Positions 1-9,984 are shown, counted from the stretch's first letter. The stretch is 64,000 nt of DNA from an uncultured Verrucomicrobiae bacterium (GCA_963825315.1 CAWGST010000001.1:2645460-2709459), one strand, 5' to 3'. The notes: generated by a model from the letters alone, not told the origin. Made by a program: numbers and translations.

Positions 1-725
1 GGCGTTCCGGCGTCAAACATGATTGCTCCTCTGTGATGGAACTCTGGCGTGGTGAAGGAACCGCCTTGCATAACAAGTTAAATGAAGAAATAGAAATCGA
101 ATCTGATTTTTTATTTCCCCTGCTCAAATGCTCCGATCTGGCAAATGGAAGAGCCAAACCCGGGCGTTTTGTACTGGTGACGCAAACGCGGGTGGGTGAA
201 GACACTTCCGAGATTTCTGCAAAAGCTCCGCGCACTTGGAATTATTTGCATTCGCACAGAAAACGTTTCGACGCGCGAAAAAGTTCCATTTACGCGAATC
301 GCATTCCATTCGCCCTTTTTGGCATCGGCGATTATTCATTCGCGCCGTGGAAAGTGGCCATATCGGGACTCCATAAAACACCGCGTTTTGTTCTGGTGGA
401 GCCTTTTCAAAAGAAGCCCGTGTTCTTCGATGACACGTGTTATTTCCTGCCGTTTCAGAATGAAGAAGAAGCCAGAGTCGTTGCGGATATTCTCAATTCA
501 GAACCTTGTTTGTGTTTTATTTCTTCGCTTTTGTTTGAGGATTCCAAGCGCCCAATCACAGTTGAATTGCTGCAACGGCTCAACCTTCATGCGCTCGCCA
601 GGGAATCTGGATTAGCCGATGTGTGGGCCTCGGTTCGCAATCAGGAAAGCTTTTACCCTGATGGAAGGAATGCGCTTCAAGCAGAATTTATTATGGAACG
701 CCACACGCGGATGAATAAAAGTTAG
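1..725 (+). CDS. DNA methyltransferase (restriction-modification type), C-terminal part, truncated by the window edge
   Basis: The frame is open back to base 3 (RSGVKHDCSSVMEL). The motifs GVKHDCSSVMEL, FGIGDYSFAPWKVAISGL and PVFFDDTCYFL resemble the C-terminal region of a SAM-dependent DNA methylase family; catalytic motifs lie outside the window. Confidence 0.6.
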   Translation, partial: RSGVKHDCSSVMELWRGEGTALHNKLNEEIEIESDFLFPLLKCSDLANGRAKPGRFVLVTQTRVGEDTSEISAKAPRTWNYLHSHRKRFDARKSSIYANRIPFALFGIGDYSFAPWKVAISGLHKTPRFVLVEPFQKKPVFFDDTCYFLPFQNEEEARVVADILNSEPCLCFISSLLFEDSKRPITVELLQRLNLHALARESGLADVWASVRNQESFYPDGRNALQAEFIMERHTRMNKS

Positions 726-771
726 GCAAACTCCGGCGGCTTCTGCCAGTCTGGACCGTTGGCAATTGTTT

Positions 772-1458
772 ATGCGCCTGCTCATTGTCGAGGACGACCT
801 GAAAACGGCCCGCGCTCTCGCCGCCGGGCTGGAGCGCGCCGGCTTTTCCATCGCCACCGCCCACTCCGGCGAGGAGGGGTTCTGCCTCCTCAACGCCGAA
901 TCGTTTGATCTGCTCGTGCTCGACTGGATGCTGCCCGGCCGCAGCGGCATCGAAATCCTCAAGACGCTCCGCGCCCGCGGCGGAAAAACACCCGTCCTGC
1001 TTCTCACGGCTCGCGATGCCGTCGAGGACCGCGTCCTCGGCTTGGAATGCGGAGCGGACGATTATCTGGTCAAGCCCTTCGCCTTTGCCGAATTGATCGC
1101 GCGCATTCGCTCGCTGCTGCGCCGGAGCGCGGACGCCGAGCCGCTGAAAAAAACCGTGGCGGATTTGGCGCTGGATTTGGAGACCCGCCGCGTCTGGCGG
1201 GCCAGCAAGCCCATCGAATTGACCCCGCGGGAGTTCGACCTTTTGGCGTATCTGTTGCGTCAGACGGGCCAGGTGGTGACACGCGAGATGCTGGCCAGAG
1301 ACGTGTGGCACGAGGCCAACCGCATCACTCCCCTGGACAATGTGATTGACGTCCATGTGGCCCACTTGCGCCGCAAGGTGGATGGAGCTTGCGCCCTCAA
1401 ACTCATCCACACTGTTCGCGGGGTGGGTTTTGTTCTGCGCGAGGAGGTCCAGGGATGA
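772..1458 (+). CDS. OmpR/CusR-family two-component response regulator
   Basis: Receiver domain (LLIVEDD, LDWMLPG, DDYLVKPF) plus winged-helix (LTPREFDLL, IDVHVAHLRRKVD, TVRGVGF). Confidence 0.95.
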   Translation: MRLLIVEDDLKTARALAAGLERAGFSIATAHSGEEGFCLLNAESFDLLVLDWMLPGRSGIEILKTLRARGGKTPVLLLTARDAVEDRVLGLECGADDYLVKPFAFAELIARIRSLLRRSADAEPLKKTVADLALDLETRRVWRASKPIELTPREFDLLAYLLRQTGQVVTREMLARDVWHEANRITPLDNVIDVHVAHLRRKVDGACALKLIHTVRGVGFVLREEVQG

Positions 1459-2501
1459 AACCAGGGTTGCGGCGGCGCTCACTGCGCTTGCGCCTGGCCT
1501 TCTGGAACGCGGCAGCGGGAGCGGTCTTGTGGCTGGCCGGCCTGGGGGTGGCGGCGCTCTCCGGATTTTGGCGGCCCGCAAACCTTTCGGACTGGTTTCT
1601 CCCGCTGCTCGCGGGCTGCCCTTGCGGGGCAATTGTTTTGGGCATCGCCAGTTATTTCATCGCCGGTCATGTTCTGAAACCTCTCCAGGAAATGGCCGGC
1701 CTGACGCGCCGTTTGTCGGCCAGCGCTTTGCGCGAACGACTGCCCGTGGCCAATCCGCACGATGAACTCGGACAACTCGCCGCCGGTGTCAACGATATTC
1801 TCCGGCAACTCGAAACCTCCTTCGCCGAACTCGACCGGCTCACCGCCGACGTTTCCCACGAGTTGCGCACGCCGCTGACCGCGATGCGCGCGGTCGGCGA
1901 AGTGGCCCTGCGCGACCGAAATCCTGCCATTCTTCATGACGCCGTCGGCAGCATGCTGGAAGAGATCGGCCGCATGAACCAACTCATCGAGCGGCTGCTG
2001 CTGCTGACCCGGTCCGATGACAGCGAGATGCCACTGCAAATGGAGGCCGGGCTGGTGCGCCGGGTGCTGGTGGAAGTGAACGAGTCCTTGAGCCTGGTGG
2101 CCGGGGAAAAACAGCAACAACTCAAGACGGAGTGCCCGGACCACTTGCTGGCGGTCTTCGATCCCGCGCTGCTTCGGCTGGCCCTTTTGAACCTGACTCA
2201 GAACGCCATTCGCTACAGCCCCGCCGGAAAACCCATCACCCTGCGCGCTTTCGCCGGGCAGGACAGCATCGTGGTCGAGGTCGCCGACGAAGGCCCCGGC
2301 ATCGCGGAGGAACATCAACAGAAAATCTTCGAGCGATTCTACCGGGTGGACAAAGCCCGCTCGCGCGCGGAGGGGGGCGTGGGTTTGGGTTTGGCGATTG
2401 TCAAGTGGTCAGTCCAGCGGATGGGGGGCACGGTGGAACTCGACAGTGAAATCGGACGCGGCAGCGTGTTTCGCATCCGCTTGCGCGCGCCAGGCGTTTA
2501 G
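1455..2501 (+). CDS. Sensor histidine kinase (HAMP-HisKA-HATPase)
   Basis: ATGA overlap with the regulator. Two TM segments, H-box DVSHELRTPL, N-box NLTQNAIRY, G boxes DEGPGI and GLGLAIV. Confidence 0.95.
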   Translation: MKPGLRRRSLRLRLAFWNAAAGAVLWLAGLGVAALSGFWRPANLSDWFLPLLAGCPCGAIVLGIASYFIAGHVLKPLQEMAGLTRRLSASALRERLPVANPHDELGQLAAGVNDILRQLETSFAELDRLTADVSHELRTPLTAMRAVGEVALRDRNPAILHDAVGSMLEEIGRMNQLIERLLLLTRSDDSEMPLQMEAGLVRRVLVEVNESLSLVAGEKQQQLKTECPDHLLAVFDPALLRLALLNLTQNAIRYSPAGKPITLRAFAGQDSIVVEVADEGPGIAEEHQQKIFERFYRVDKARSRAEGGVGLGLAIVKWSVQRMGGTVELDSEIGRGSVFRIRLRAPGV

Positions 2502-2586
2502 CCGCCCGATAAAAAGTAGGAGCCGCCGGTAAAAGCTCTAACATTCTGCTTGTTTTCCGGGCTGACGGGCCTGCATTAAAGCCGCC

Positions 2587-2838
2587 ATGAGCTTGGTGGA
2601 AATTGAAGCTGAATTGGATCAATTGGGTCCCGATGAACTCCGCCACCTTGCCTTAAAATCGTGGATGACATTTGTGGAGAAGGAACGACGCCAGGACGGC
2701 GTCAACGAGTGCGACGAGGGTGACGCCCGCCTTTTGGCCGCCCTGGACGAAGCGATTGCGAAGGCCGATGCGTCTCCAGGCCAGGGGCATTCGGGGAGCG
2801 AGGCTCGCGCCCGGTTGAACGAATGGACTACAGGGTAA
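2587..2838 (+). CDS. Putative addiction-module antitoxin
   Basis: 83-aa acidic ORF overlapping a downstream RelE/ParE-like ORF. Confidence 0.5.
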   Translation: MSLVEIEAELDQLGPDELRHLALKSWMTFVEKERRQDGVNECDEGDARLLAALDEAIAKADASPGQGHSGSEARARLNEWTTG

Positions 2839-3032
2839 TTTTCAAAGACACTTTTTTAGCCGACCTTGAACGAATTGTGCGGTTTATTGCCGTTCATAAT
2901 CCGTCAGCCGCGCGCAAGCTGGGTGACATGATTATTCAAAGCAGTGAAAGCCTCCGTTCGGTATTCTTAAATCTTTCGCCTTCAGGCAGTTGCGCAACTG
3001 AAGGCTCCGGTTACAAAAATATTTTAAAATAA
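2823..3032 (+). pseudogene. RelE/ParE-family toxin, C-terminally truncated
   Basis: The N-terminus YRVIF..FLADLERIVRFIAVHNPSAARKL is ParE-like. It degenerates after ~45 aa (69 aa in total versus ~95-100 typical). Confidence 0.6.
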
Positions 3033-3149
3033 TGTGCAAATAATTGTTGTTTTGGTGAATAACTATGCTATAGTGTAGTCCAATGAATGGCTAATTGAAG
3101 CCATGATGAAGAATTGAAATGACCAGCCAACAACAAAACCCTGAAAACG

Positions 3150-3260
3150 ATGAAAACACGCAATGGCACAATCGCCCGCCTGCCGCACGATGTCCGCGAA
3201 GAATTGAATGTTCGACTGGAACGCTCCGAACCAAGCCCCCAATGGCCCGCCTGGTTGGAG
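3150..3260 (+). pseudogene. Fragment resembling the N-terminus of DUF3486/Mu gp27-like proteins
   Basis: MKTRNGTIARLPHDVREELNVRLE..WL pattern, after which the frame runs into a tandem repeat. Confidence 0.35.
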
Positions 3261-3290
3261 GCGGATAACCGGGGGACTCCAGTCCAGGTC

Positions 3291-3320
3291 CGTCGCAGTC
3301 AGTCGCAGTCAGTCGCAGTG
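3291..3320. repeat. 10-bp tandem repeat (agtcgcagtc) x3
   Basis: cgtcgcagtc agtcgcagtc agtcgcagtg read directly. Confidence 0.8.
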
Positions 3321-3494
3321 ATAAAATGGCGGGATCATGCGCCGTCGCCGCATCTCCGGGGCAGGGGACAGGGGTTCCAGACCGCTTGGCCCGGAGCCGA
3401 AACCTTAAGAATTCTTCAGACAAACTTCAGTGACACACCGCGCCCTCCATTGCCTATGATTTGAAACGGCACAAAGGGGTCTCGAAGACACACT

Positions 3495-4919
3495 ATGTAT
3501 TGGCTCAGTAAATGTCTGCACCAGGTCCGCCGGTTGAACCGCCGGACATTGATCTTCCTCGCCGCCCTTGGCCCCGGCATTATCACCATGATCGCCGACA
3601 ATGACGCCGGCGGCATTTCCACCTATGCCCAAACCGGCGCCAAGACCGGCTTCAGCCTGCTCTGGGCCATTATCATCCTGATCCCCATGGCCTATTATGT
3701 GCAGGAGATGACGGTGCGCCTGGGCGCCGTCACCAAGCGCGGGCACGCCGAAGCCATCTTCGATGGTTTCGGCAAGTTCTGGGGCTGGTTCTCCATTTTC
3801 GATTTGGCGGTCATCAACTGGTTGACGCTCGTGACCGAATACATCGGCATGACGCAGGCGATGAGCCTGTTCAACGTCCCGCCATGGGTCACGTTCCTCG
3901 GCGTGACGATGCTGCTCACCGGCATCGTCATCACCGGGCGTTATTGGACGTTCGAGAAAATCACGCTCTTTTTCTGCCTCTTCAACCTGGTTTATATCCC
4001 CGCCGCAATCTGGGCGATGCAGACCGGGAACGTCAAGGAAGGCTGGAGCACGGTTGGAAAAGGTTTTTACCATCCGGATTTCACCTTCGGCATGTCGGGC
4101 GCGGCTTTGCTGACCCTGATCATGGCGAACATCGGCACCACCATCACGCCGTGGCAGATTTTCTTTCAGCAATCCGCCGTGGTGGACAAGGGCATGGACG
4201 TGAAACAAATCAAGTACGGGAAATTCGACACCTTCTTCGGTTCATTCATGACCTGCGTGGCGGCGGCGTTCATCATCATCGCCACTGCCGGCGTTTTCTA
4301 CTACAACCCGTCCAATCCCACCTCCGCCACCCTGGCGGCGGACAGCGCGGCCCATCGCCTCACCGTCGGTCCCTGGTCGAAGGTTGATCCCTCGTTCCAC
4401 AGTTGGCAGGACATGGATTCGGCCGCCAAGACCGCCGAGGCCATGACCGCGGTCATGCCCGCCGGTTCGCACTGGGGCCAGTGGGCCAGGACGCTCTTCG
4501 CCATTGGCCTGTTCGACGCCGGGTTGCTCGGCGCGCTGTGCATTTCACTGGCGACAAGCTGGGCGCTGGGTGAAGTCTTCGGCTGGGCGCATTCCCTCAA
4601 CCGCGGCGTCCGGGAAGCGCCGTGGTTCTATGTCGCCTGCGTGCTGATGCTCATGTCGGCCGGGGTCGTCTCGCTCGTGGCCAGCATTGACGCGCAGAAC
4701 ATCATCACCATCTTTGTGCAGGTCGTGGCGGTGACGCTGCTGCCGGCCGCGCTGATGTTTTTGATTTTGCTGCTCAACGACAAACCGCTCATGGGCGATT
4801 ACGTCAATACCCGCTGGCAGAACATCGCCAACTGGAGCATCGCGGCCTTCGTCATCGTCATGTCAACCGCCTACGGCGTTTCCGTGCTGTTCCCCGAATG
4901 GTTCGGAGCGGGCAATTAG
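3495..4919 (+). CDS. NRAMP/SLC11-related divalent cation transporter (NRMT-like, probably Mg2+/Mn2+)
   Basis: About 11 TM helices. GPG...DNDAGG in TM1 (not the canonical DPGN) and NIGTTITPWQIFFQQ in TM6. Confidence 0.85.
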   Translation: MYWLSKCLHQVRRLNRRTLIFLAALGPGIITMIADNDAGGISTYAQTGAKTGFSLLWAIIILIPMAYYVQEMTVRLGAVTKRGHAEAIFDGFGKFWGWFSIFDLAVINWLTLVTEYIGMTQAMSLFNVPPWVTFLGVTMLLTGIVITGRYWTFEKITLFFCLFNLVYIPAAIWAMQTGNVKEGWSTVGKGFYHPDFTFGMSGAALLTLIMANIGTTITPWQIFFQQSAVVDKGMDVKQIKYGKFDTFFGSFMTCVAAAFIIIATAGVFYYNPSNPTSATLAADSAAHRLTVGPWSKVDPSFHSWQDMDSAAKTAEAMTAVMPAGSHWGQWARTLFAIGLFDAGLLGALCISLATSWALGEVFGWAHSLNRGVREAPWFYVACVLMLMSAGVVSLVASIDAQNIITIFVQVVAVTLLPAALMFLILLLNDKPLMGDYVNTRWQNIANWSIAAFVIVMSTAYGVSVLFPEWFGAGN

Positions 4920-4930
4920 GAGAACCTGCC

Positions 4931-6219
4931 ATGAACAACCCCCAAAACAACGTCACCTCCAAGCCGCCAGGCTTTGAAGCCTTTCAATTCCTGTATTTCT
5001 CCAGGCTGCTCAAGCGCCGGATTTGCCTCGACAAAACCAACCGGAAAAACGGCCGTCTCACCGACCTGGTTTTCCGGCTTTCCGAGCCGTATCCCGAAGC
5101 GGTCGGGATCTACATCGAACACGGCAAAGGACATCCGACCGAATTGATTCCGTGGGAAAAGGTGGCGCGGATTGAAGACGAAGCCATTTTCATCACGCCG
5201 TCCGAAACCGGCCATCCGTATCCGCCGTTCCTTGACCAGAAAGGCTGGATTCTGCTCAACGAACACCTGATGGGCCAGACGATTCTGGATACGGACGGCC
5301 GGCGCACGGAAGTGGTCAACGACGTTCACCTGCTTTTCTCCAAAGGCCGGATGATTCTGGTTCATGTGGACATCTCCTTCAACGGCTTTCTCCGCAAATG
5401 GGGTTTGGAACGCTTCGCCACGGCCAAAGATCAGTGGATTGCCTGGCGCTATGTCCAGCCGCTCTCGGTGGAAGACCACACCAAGGACATCGTGACGCTC
5501 TCGGTCGCCCGCGAGCAGGCCCTGGAACTGCCCGGCGAAGATCTGGCCGACGCGCTCGAAGTTCTTTCCGGCGACGAGCAACAGGCGATGTTTTCCGCGC
5601 TCGACCCGGACAAGGCCGCCGAAGTGCTGGGCGAAGCCGAACCCCGCGCCAAACGGCAGCTCATCGCCTTTTTGTCGGAGGAAAAGGCGCGCCAGGTGCT
5701 GGCCATAATGTCCGTGCTGCAAATGGCCGATTTCTTCTCCAATTTGCCTCACGCAAAAGCCGCCGAACTGATGAAACTGTTGCCGCCGGCCGGGCCACGC
5801 GCGTCAACGCCATCATGTCCAACACCGACGTGCCGGCGGCGACATTGATGAGCGAAAAATTTTTCGCGTTCACGCCAGAAGCGAAAGCGGCTGATGTTCT
5901 GCATTCGCTCCGCAATTTCGCCGGGGATAACCGGAACATTGCCTATCTCTACATCGTGGCGGGCGAGGGGAAAACTCTGCAAGGCGTGGTGGACTTGCGT
6001 GATCTGGTGGTTGCGCCGGAGAACGCCAGCCTGGGGGAGCTGATGATTTCGCCCGTCGTCACGGCGGACCACGATTGCCTGCGCGAAGATTTGGTGGCGC
6101 TGTTCGCCAAATACCAGTTCCACATGCTGCCGGTGGTGGACGCCCAGGACCGGCTGCTGGGAATCGTCCGCAACCGGGACATCCTGAAAGGCACAAAGTT
6201 TGAGCCCAAAGCGGATTGA
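4931..6219 (+). pseudogene. Soluble MgtE-like protein (PRC-barrel + MgtE N-domain + CBS pair), frameshifted near 5790
   Basis: ORF 4931..5848 carries the PRC/MgtE_N part (DLADALE..). The CBS pair (YLYIV, GVVDLRDL, LPVVD..LLGIV) is in another frame ending at 6219. One missing base at ccg gcc ggg would give LPPxRATRVNAIMS. No TM domain. Confidence 0.75.
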
Positions 6220-6423
6220 TTTATGCCCCGCATCAAAACAACACGAACGGTCCGGTTTGCCTTGTGGGCCTTGCGGATTTACCTGTTGCTCCTGCTGATG
6301 CTGATCGGCCTCAAATTCGCGCGCGTCTTTTCCAGTTCGCAAAAGCAAGACAAGGCCGCCACAAGCCCCCCGGCGACAGCGACTGTCAAAACCAACCAGA
6401 CGACTGTTGGAACCAAGCCATAA
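6220..6423 (+). CDS. Small single-TM membrane protein
   Basis: 66 aa with a hydrophobic stretch IYLLLLLMLIGL; starts immediately after the upstream stop codon. Confidence 0.55.
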   Translation, partial: FMPRIKTTRTVRFALWALRIYLLLLLMLIGLKFARVFSSSQKQDKAATSPPATATVKTNQTTVGTKP

Positions 6424-6527
6424 GCAACCCCCCGCGTGCTTCCTTTATGTCATGTTTTAAGCATAATACATTTTTTTTGACCAAATATCTTTTTAGGGTT
6501 ATAAATTACAACGCGCTGTTTTTATAC

Positions 6528-7898
6528 ATGAAGATTAATTTTTGCCTTCGGCCTTTGTCCGCCATGGTGGCCGCCGCCATCTTCCTGGCGGGGCGGTGCT
6601 CCGGCCAGGATGCCGCCCAGACCAACAAGGCGCCGCCGCCAACACCGCCAATTCCGGCCGCCGCGGAGGAACCGTTTTGGAATCTTCACATGGAGGCGAC
6701 CTGCATTGGCCAGTGGCACCCCGGTTTCCCGGCGCAGTATTCCGGCCCGCAAAGTTTGGACAGCCATGCCGAATCAGCGGAAACGGTTGATTACGACCTG
6801 TTCCTCGGCGCGCGGCTATGGCAGGGAGCCGAATTTCATGTGGACGGCTTGTTCTGGCAGGGGTTCGGCTTCAACCACACCTTGGGCATTGAAGCCTTTC
6901 CCAACGCCGAGGCCTACAAAGTCGGCGCGCAAGCCGGCAACGTCACCCCGGCCCGCGTCTTTCTCCGCCAAACCATCGGGCTGGGTGGCGATCAGGAACC
7001 GGTGGCGGATGACGCCTTTCACCTCGGCGGGCGGCAGGACATATCGCGCATCACGCTGACGGTCGGACAAATCAGTGTCCTGGACATTTTCGATCAAAAC
7101 TCCTACGCCGGCGACCCGACAACGCAGTTTCTGAACTGGGCCTTGGTCGGCGACGAAGCCTGGGACTATCCGGCCAACAGCATGGGCTACATCACCGGAT
7201 TCGCCGCCGAATTGAACCAGCCCAACTGGACGGCCCGCTACGGATTCTTCCAGATGCCGCAGCGGGCCAATGGCATGGCCGAAGACCCCGCCTTCCTGCG
7301 GGCCTGGGGCATGGTCACGGAATTGGAACGCCGCTTTGCCATCCATAATCATCCGGGCGCGGTGCGTTGGCTCGCTTTCCTGAACCGCGCGGACATGGGC
7401 AGTTTCGCGGAGGCGGTGGACAACCCGACGCGCCCGGCCAATATCGTTGACACCCGCCAGTACCGCCTCAAATACGGCTTCGGACTCAATGCCGAATACG
7501 AACTGATCCACGGCATCGGCGTCTTCACCCGCCTGGGCTGGAACGACGGCCAGACCGAAAACTGGGCCTACGCCGACGTGTCCAAGTCCGGCTCGGCGGG
7601 GTTGAGCATCAAGGGCGCTTTCTGGAACCGCCCCAACGATACGGTGGGATTGGCGGGGATCATTAACGGCATTTCGCGCGTCGAGCAGGATTACTTCGCC
7701 GCGGGCGGTCTCGGCATCCTGGCTGGAGACGGAGCGCTCAGTTACGGTTTGGAGAAGGCCCTCGAAACCTATTACAAATTGCAGATTTGGAAAAACATCA
7801 ATGTCACGGCGGATTATCAGTATGTGATCGATCCGGCCTGCAACGCGGCGCGCGGTCCGGTTTCAATTTTGGGCATGAGATTCCACTGGGACTTCTAG
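6528..7898 (+). CDS. OprB-family outer-membrane porin (carbohydrate / high-affinity Mn2+ porin MnoP-like)
   Basis: Signal peptide, FPNAEAYKVG, WDYPANSMGY and ETYY..DYQY motifs, and a C-terminal aromatic FHWDF. Confidence 0.85.
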   Translation: MKINFCLRPLSAMVAAAIFLAGRCSGQDAAQTNKAPPPTPPIPAAAEEPFWNLHMEATCIGQWHPGFPAQYSGPQSLDSHAESAETVDYDLFLGARLWQGAEFHVDGLFWQGFGFNHTLGIEAFPNAEAYKVGAQAGNVTPARVFLRQTIGLGGDQEPVADDAFHLGGRQDISRITLTVGQISVLDIFDQNSYAGDPTTQFLNWALVGDEAWDYPANSMGYITGFAAELNQPNWTARYGFFQMPQRANGMAEDPAFLRAWGMVTELERRFAIHNHPGAVRWLAFLNRADMGSFAEAVDNPTRPANIVDTRQYRLKYGFGLNAEYELIHGIGVFTRLGWNDGQTENWAYADVSKSGSAGLSIKGAFWNRPNDTVGLAGIINGISRVEQDYFAAGGLGILAGDGALSYGLEKALETYYKLQIWKNINVTADYQYVIDPACNAARGPVSILGMRFHWDF

Positions 7899-7927
7899 CT
7901 CCTCAGGGCGGGAAGTGCGGCAGCGGT

Positions 7928-9196
7928 TCATTGCATGGGCAACATCTCATTGAGCGTTGCATGCATTTGGGCGGAGGCCGCGCGGGCTTGCTGATACCGC
8001 TGCAAACAGGTCAATTCGCCGTCGAGCGACACGCCGTGCGCCAATTCGCGTTCGTTGGCCAGCATTTGCGTCACCGCCTGGCTGCTGCTCAAATCGTCGC
8101 TGACCTTCGAGAGGGCGCGGCCCAGGTTGGAAACGGTTTGGGCATAGCTTTGGCCGAAGGTCTTCAGGACCGGCGCCGCCGCATTGTTTCCGTTCGCCCC
8201 CGCCGCGCCGCCGGCCTTCAACAGTGACGGATCATTGGCCACAGTGCTGTTGACACCAATGTCCGACGCGCCGGTCCCGGTAAAAAAATCCCGGCCGGCG
8301 CCGCCGTTCAAGCCGCAGCCGGAACTGTAAATGGAATTGAACCGTGTGATCAATTGCGAGGCCAGGTTGTTCAGCCCGCTTTGCAAGCCGGCCAATCCGC
8401 CGTCGCGGGCGGTGATTTTCCCGGCAATGCTGCCGCCGGCCGGCTTCAGCCGCGTGCCGGCGTTTTGCGCCTGGATTCGCAAATTTTCATTTTTGTCCGG
8501 ATACGTTGCCAGGCTGTCAGGCGTTTTTGCCCCGGAAACCATGGCGACGCCGCCGATGCTGACGTTGACGCCGCCGTCGGCCCGGGGCGTGGCAATGATG
8601 TTGACACAGCCGGACAGCATTTCCAGGCATTGCTCGCGCTGATCGGCCAAAGTGCCGGCCCTCCCGCCCGAAGCCCGCGCCTCCAGGATCTGCTGGTTCA
8701 AGCCGGCAATGTCATTCAGATTCTGATTGGCCCGGACCACGTCCTTTTGAATTGAAGCATTCAAATCGTTTCTCAAACCGTTCAGCCGGGAAGAGGCGCG
8801 GTTGAATCTCGCGGCGACGTCCTGCGCGCTTCGCACAATGCCGCGCCGCAGCGGGACGTTGGCCGGGTCGCGGTACAGGGTTTCAAAGGAGCTGAACAAA
8901 TTCGACAGGTCGGTGTCCAGTCCATTGAGGCCATTGGGCGCGGCGCTGAAACGGATGAGCTCATCCAGACAGGTCCCGGCGTTTTGCAGGTTCGAGTGCT
9001 GGGCGGCCAGCGAGCCGGTCACACTGGCTTCGGCCTGGAGTTGTGCGTCCAGCAGAGGATCGCGCGCCGCGGCGATGACCGCGGCTTCGACTCCCCTCCC
9101 TTCCCAGCCCGCCAGCGCCAGCACGGAAGCGGCGGCCTGAATGGCCCGTTGTTGGCGGGCCCGTTTTTTGACATCGGTGTCAAGTAATACAATCAT
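7928..9196 (-). CDS. flgK: Flagellar hook-associated protein FlgK-like, degenerate
   Basis: RDPLLD, LNQQI, LADQR, GGSIAG and the C-terminal GVSLDGELT..YQ.A match FlgK architecture. The N-terminal NxAN..GYxRQ motif is eroded. Confidence 0.75.
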   Translation of the reverse strand: MIVLLDTDVKKRARQQRAIQAAASVLALAGWEGRGVEAAVIAAARDPLLDAQLQAEASVTGSLAAQHSNLQNAGTCLDELIRFSAAPNGLNGLDTDLSNLFSSFETLYRDPANVPLRRGIVRSAQDVAARFNRASSRLNGLRNDLNASIQKDVVRANQNLNDIAGLNQQILEARASGGRAGTLADQREQCLEMLSGCVNIIATPRADGGVNVSIGGVAMVSGAKTPDSLATYPDKNENLRIQAQNAGTRLKPAGGSIAGKITARDGGLAGLQSGLNNLASQLITRFNSIYSSGCGLNGGAGRDFFTGTGASDIGVNSTVANDPSLLKAGGAAGANGNNAAAPVLKTFGQSYAQTVSNLGRALSKVSDDLSSSQAVTQMLANERELAHGVSLDGELTCLQRYQQARAASAQMHATLNEMLPMQ

Positions 9197-9208
9197 AATT
9201 TCGACGGG

Positions 9209-9706
9209 TCAGTTTGCCTCCTCCTGCAGTTGTCGCGTCGCCCGCGAGAGAGCCGGCAACCGGCCCCGGCCGTTGCAATGGGAGGTCTGGCCCCGGGGGC
9301 AAAGTGAATTCAAAAGTTGCTGCATCAATTCGACCGAGCGTTTCAGCATCAAATGATTCTGGCGCGCCCGGCGGCGCACACGAAATAAAAGTTCGTTGTT
9401 TTCATCCACCAGCGCCTTGAGCAGCGGCTGGTAATCCGCCGGCAACAAGGGAATCAGGTCCTTAAAAGACGTCGTCTCCGCCTCGCCCGCCGCCCCGGCG
9501 ACAGCGTGGCGGCACTCCTCCCGCCGCTTCCGGGCTTCCTGGATGGCCAAACCTTGCCCCTGGACCAGGCTGATGGACTGGGACACTTCATTCGCGGCGC
9601 GGGTCATGAGATATTCCTGCTGCCGGTCCAACAGGGCCAGCATTCCGCCGTAATTCTTCAATTCGTCACGGAGGGCTTCGATTAATTCTTTGATGCTTTC
9701 TATCAT
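9209..9706 (-). CDS. flgN: Flagellar export chaperone FlgN-like
   Basis: Helical 165-aa protein (LRDELKNYGGMLALLDRQQ, RRARQNHLMLKRS) directly upstream of flgK. Confidence 0.65.
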   Translation of the reverse strand: MIESIKELIEALRDELKNYGGMLALLDRQQEYLMTRAANEVSQSISLVQGQGLAIQEARKRREECRHAVAGAAGEAETTSFKDLIPLLPADYQPLLKALVDENNELLFRVRRRARQNHLMLKRSVELMQQLLNSLCPRGQTSHCNGRGRLPALSRATRQLQEEAN

Positions 9707-9984
9707 GGGTAATTTACGGCTTCCTGCTCACACTTCTTTAGCGGGGGCGCCTTCAAGGTCTTCGACGTCGCCGCCCGCGGTAAGACCTGGCGGTCAAATG
9801 CCACTGGCGGTTGCGCGGCCTGGCAACCCCCTCCATAAACTCTCTGGGTGCCGATCATTTCAACCCCTATCAGCATCCGCTGTGCCATGACAAAAAACCC
9901 TTATTTAACAGGGGTTTTGTGAGGTCATGGCCCGAAAAGAGGAAAAACATGCCACGCCGGACAGGATGAATTTGCCCCCGGCCC

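Noticed and set aside
3330-3494. M-box or other riboswitch upstream of the NRAMP-related transporter
   Set aside because: It would be expected from context, but I could not match conserved M-box, yybP or c-di-GMP motifs by eye. An Rfam scan is needed.
9703-9888. FlgJ/rod-binding gene remnant upstream of flgN
   Set aside because: Only position and a faint resemblance support it, which is not enough to list as a feature.
9888-9922. Hairpin acaaaaaaccc...ggggttttgt as an intrinsic terminator
   Set aside because: It lies between divergent transcription units with no gene ending into it, so its role is unclear.
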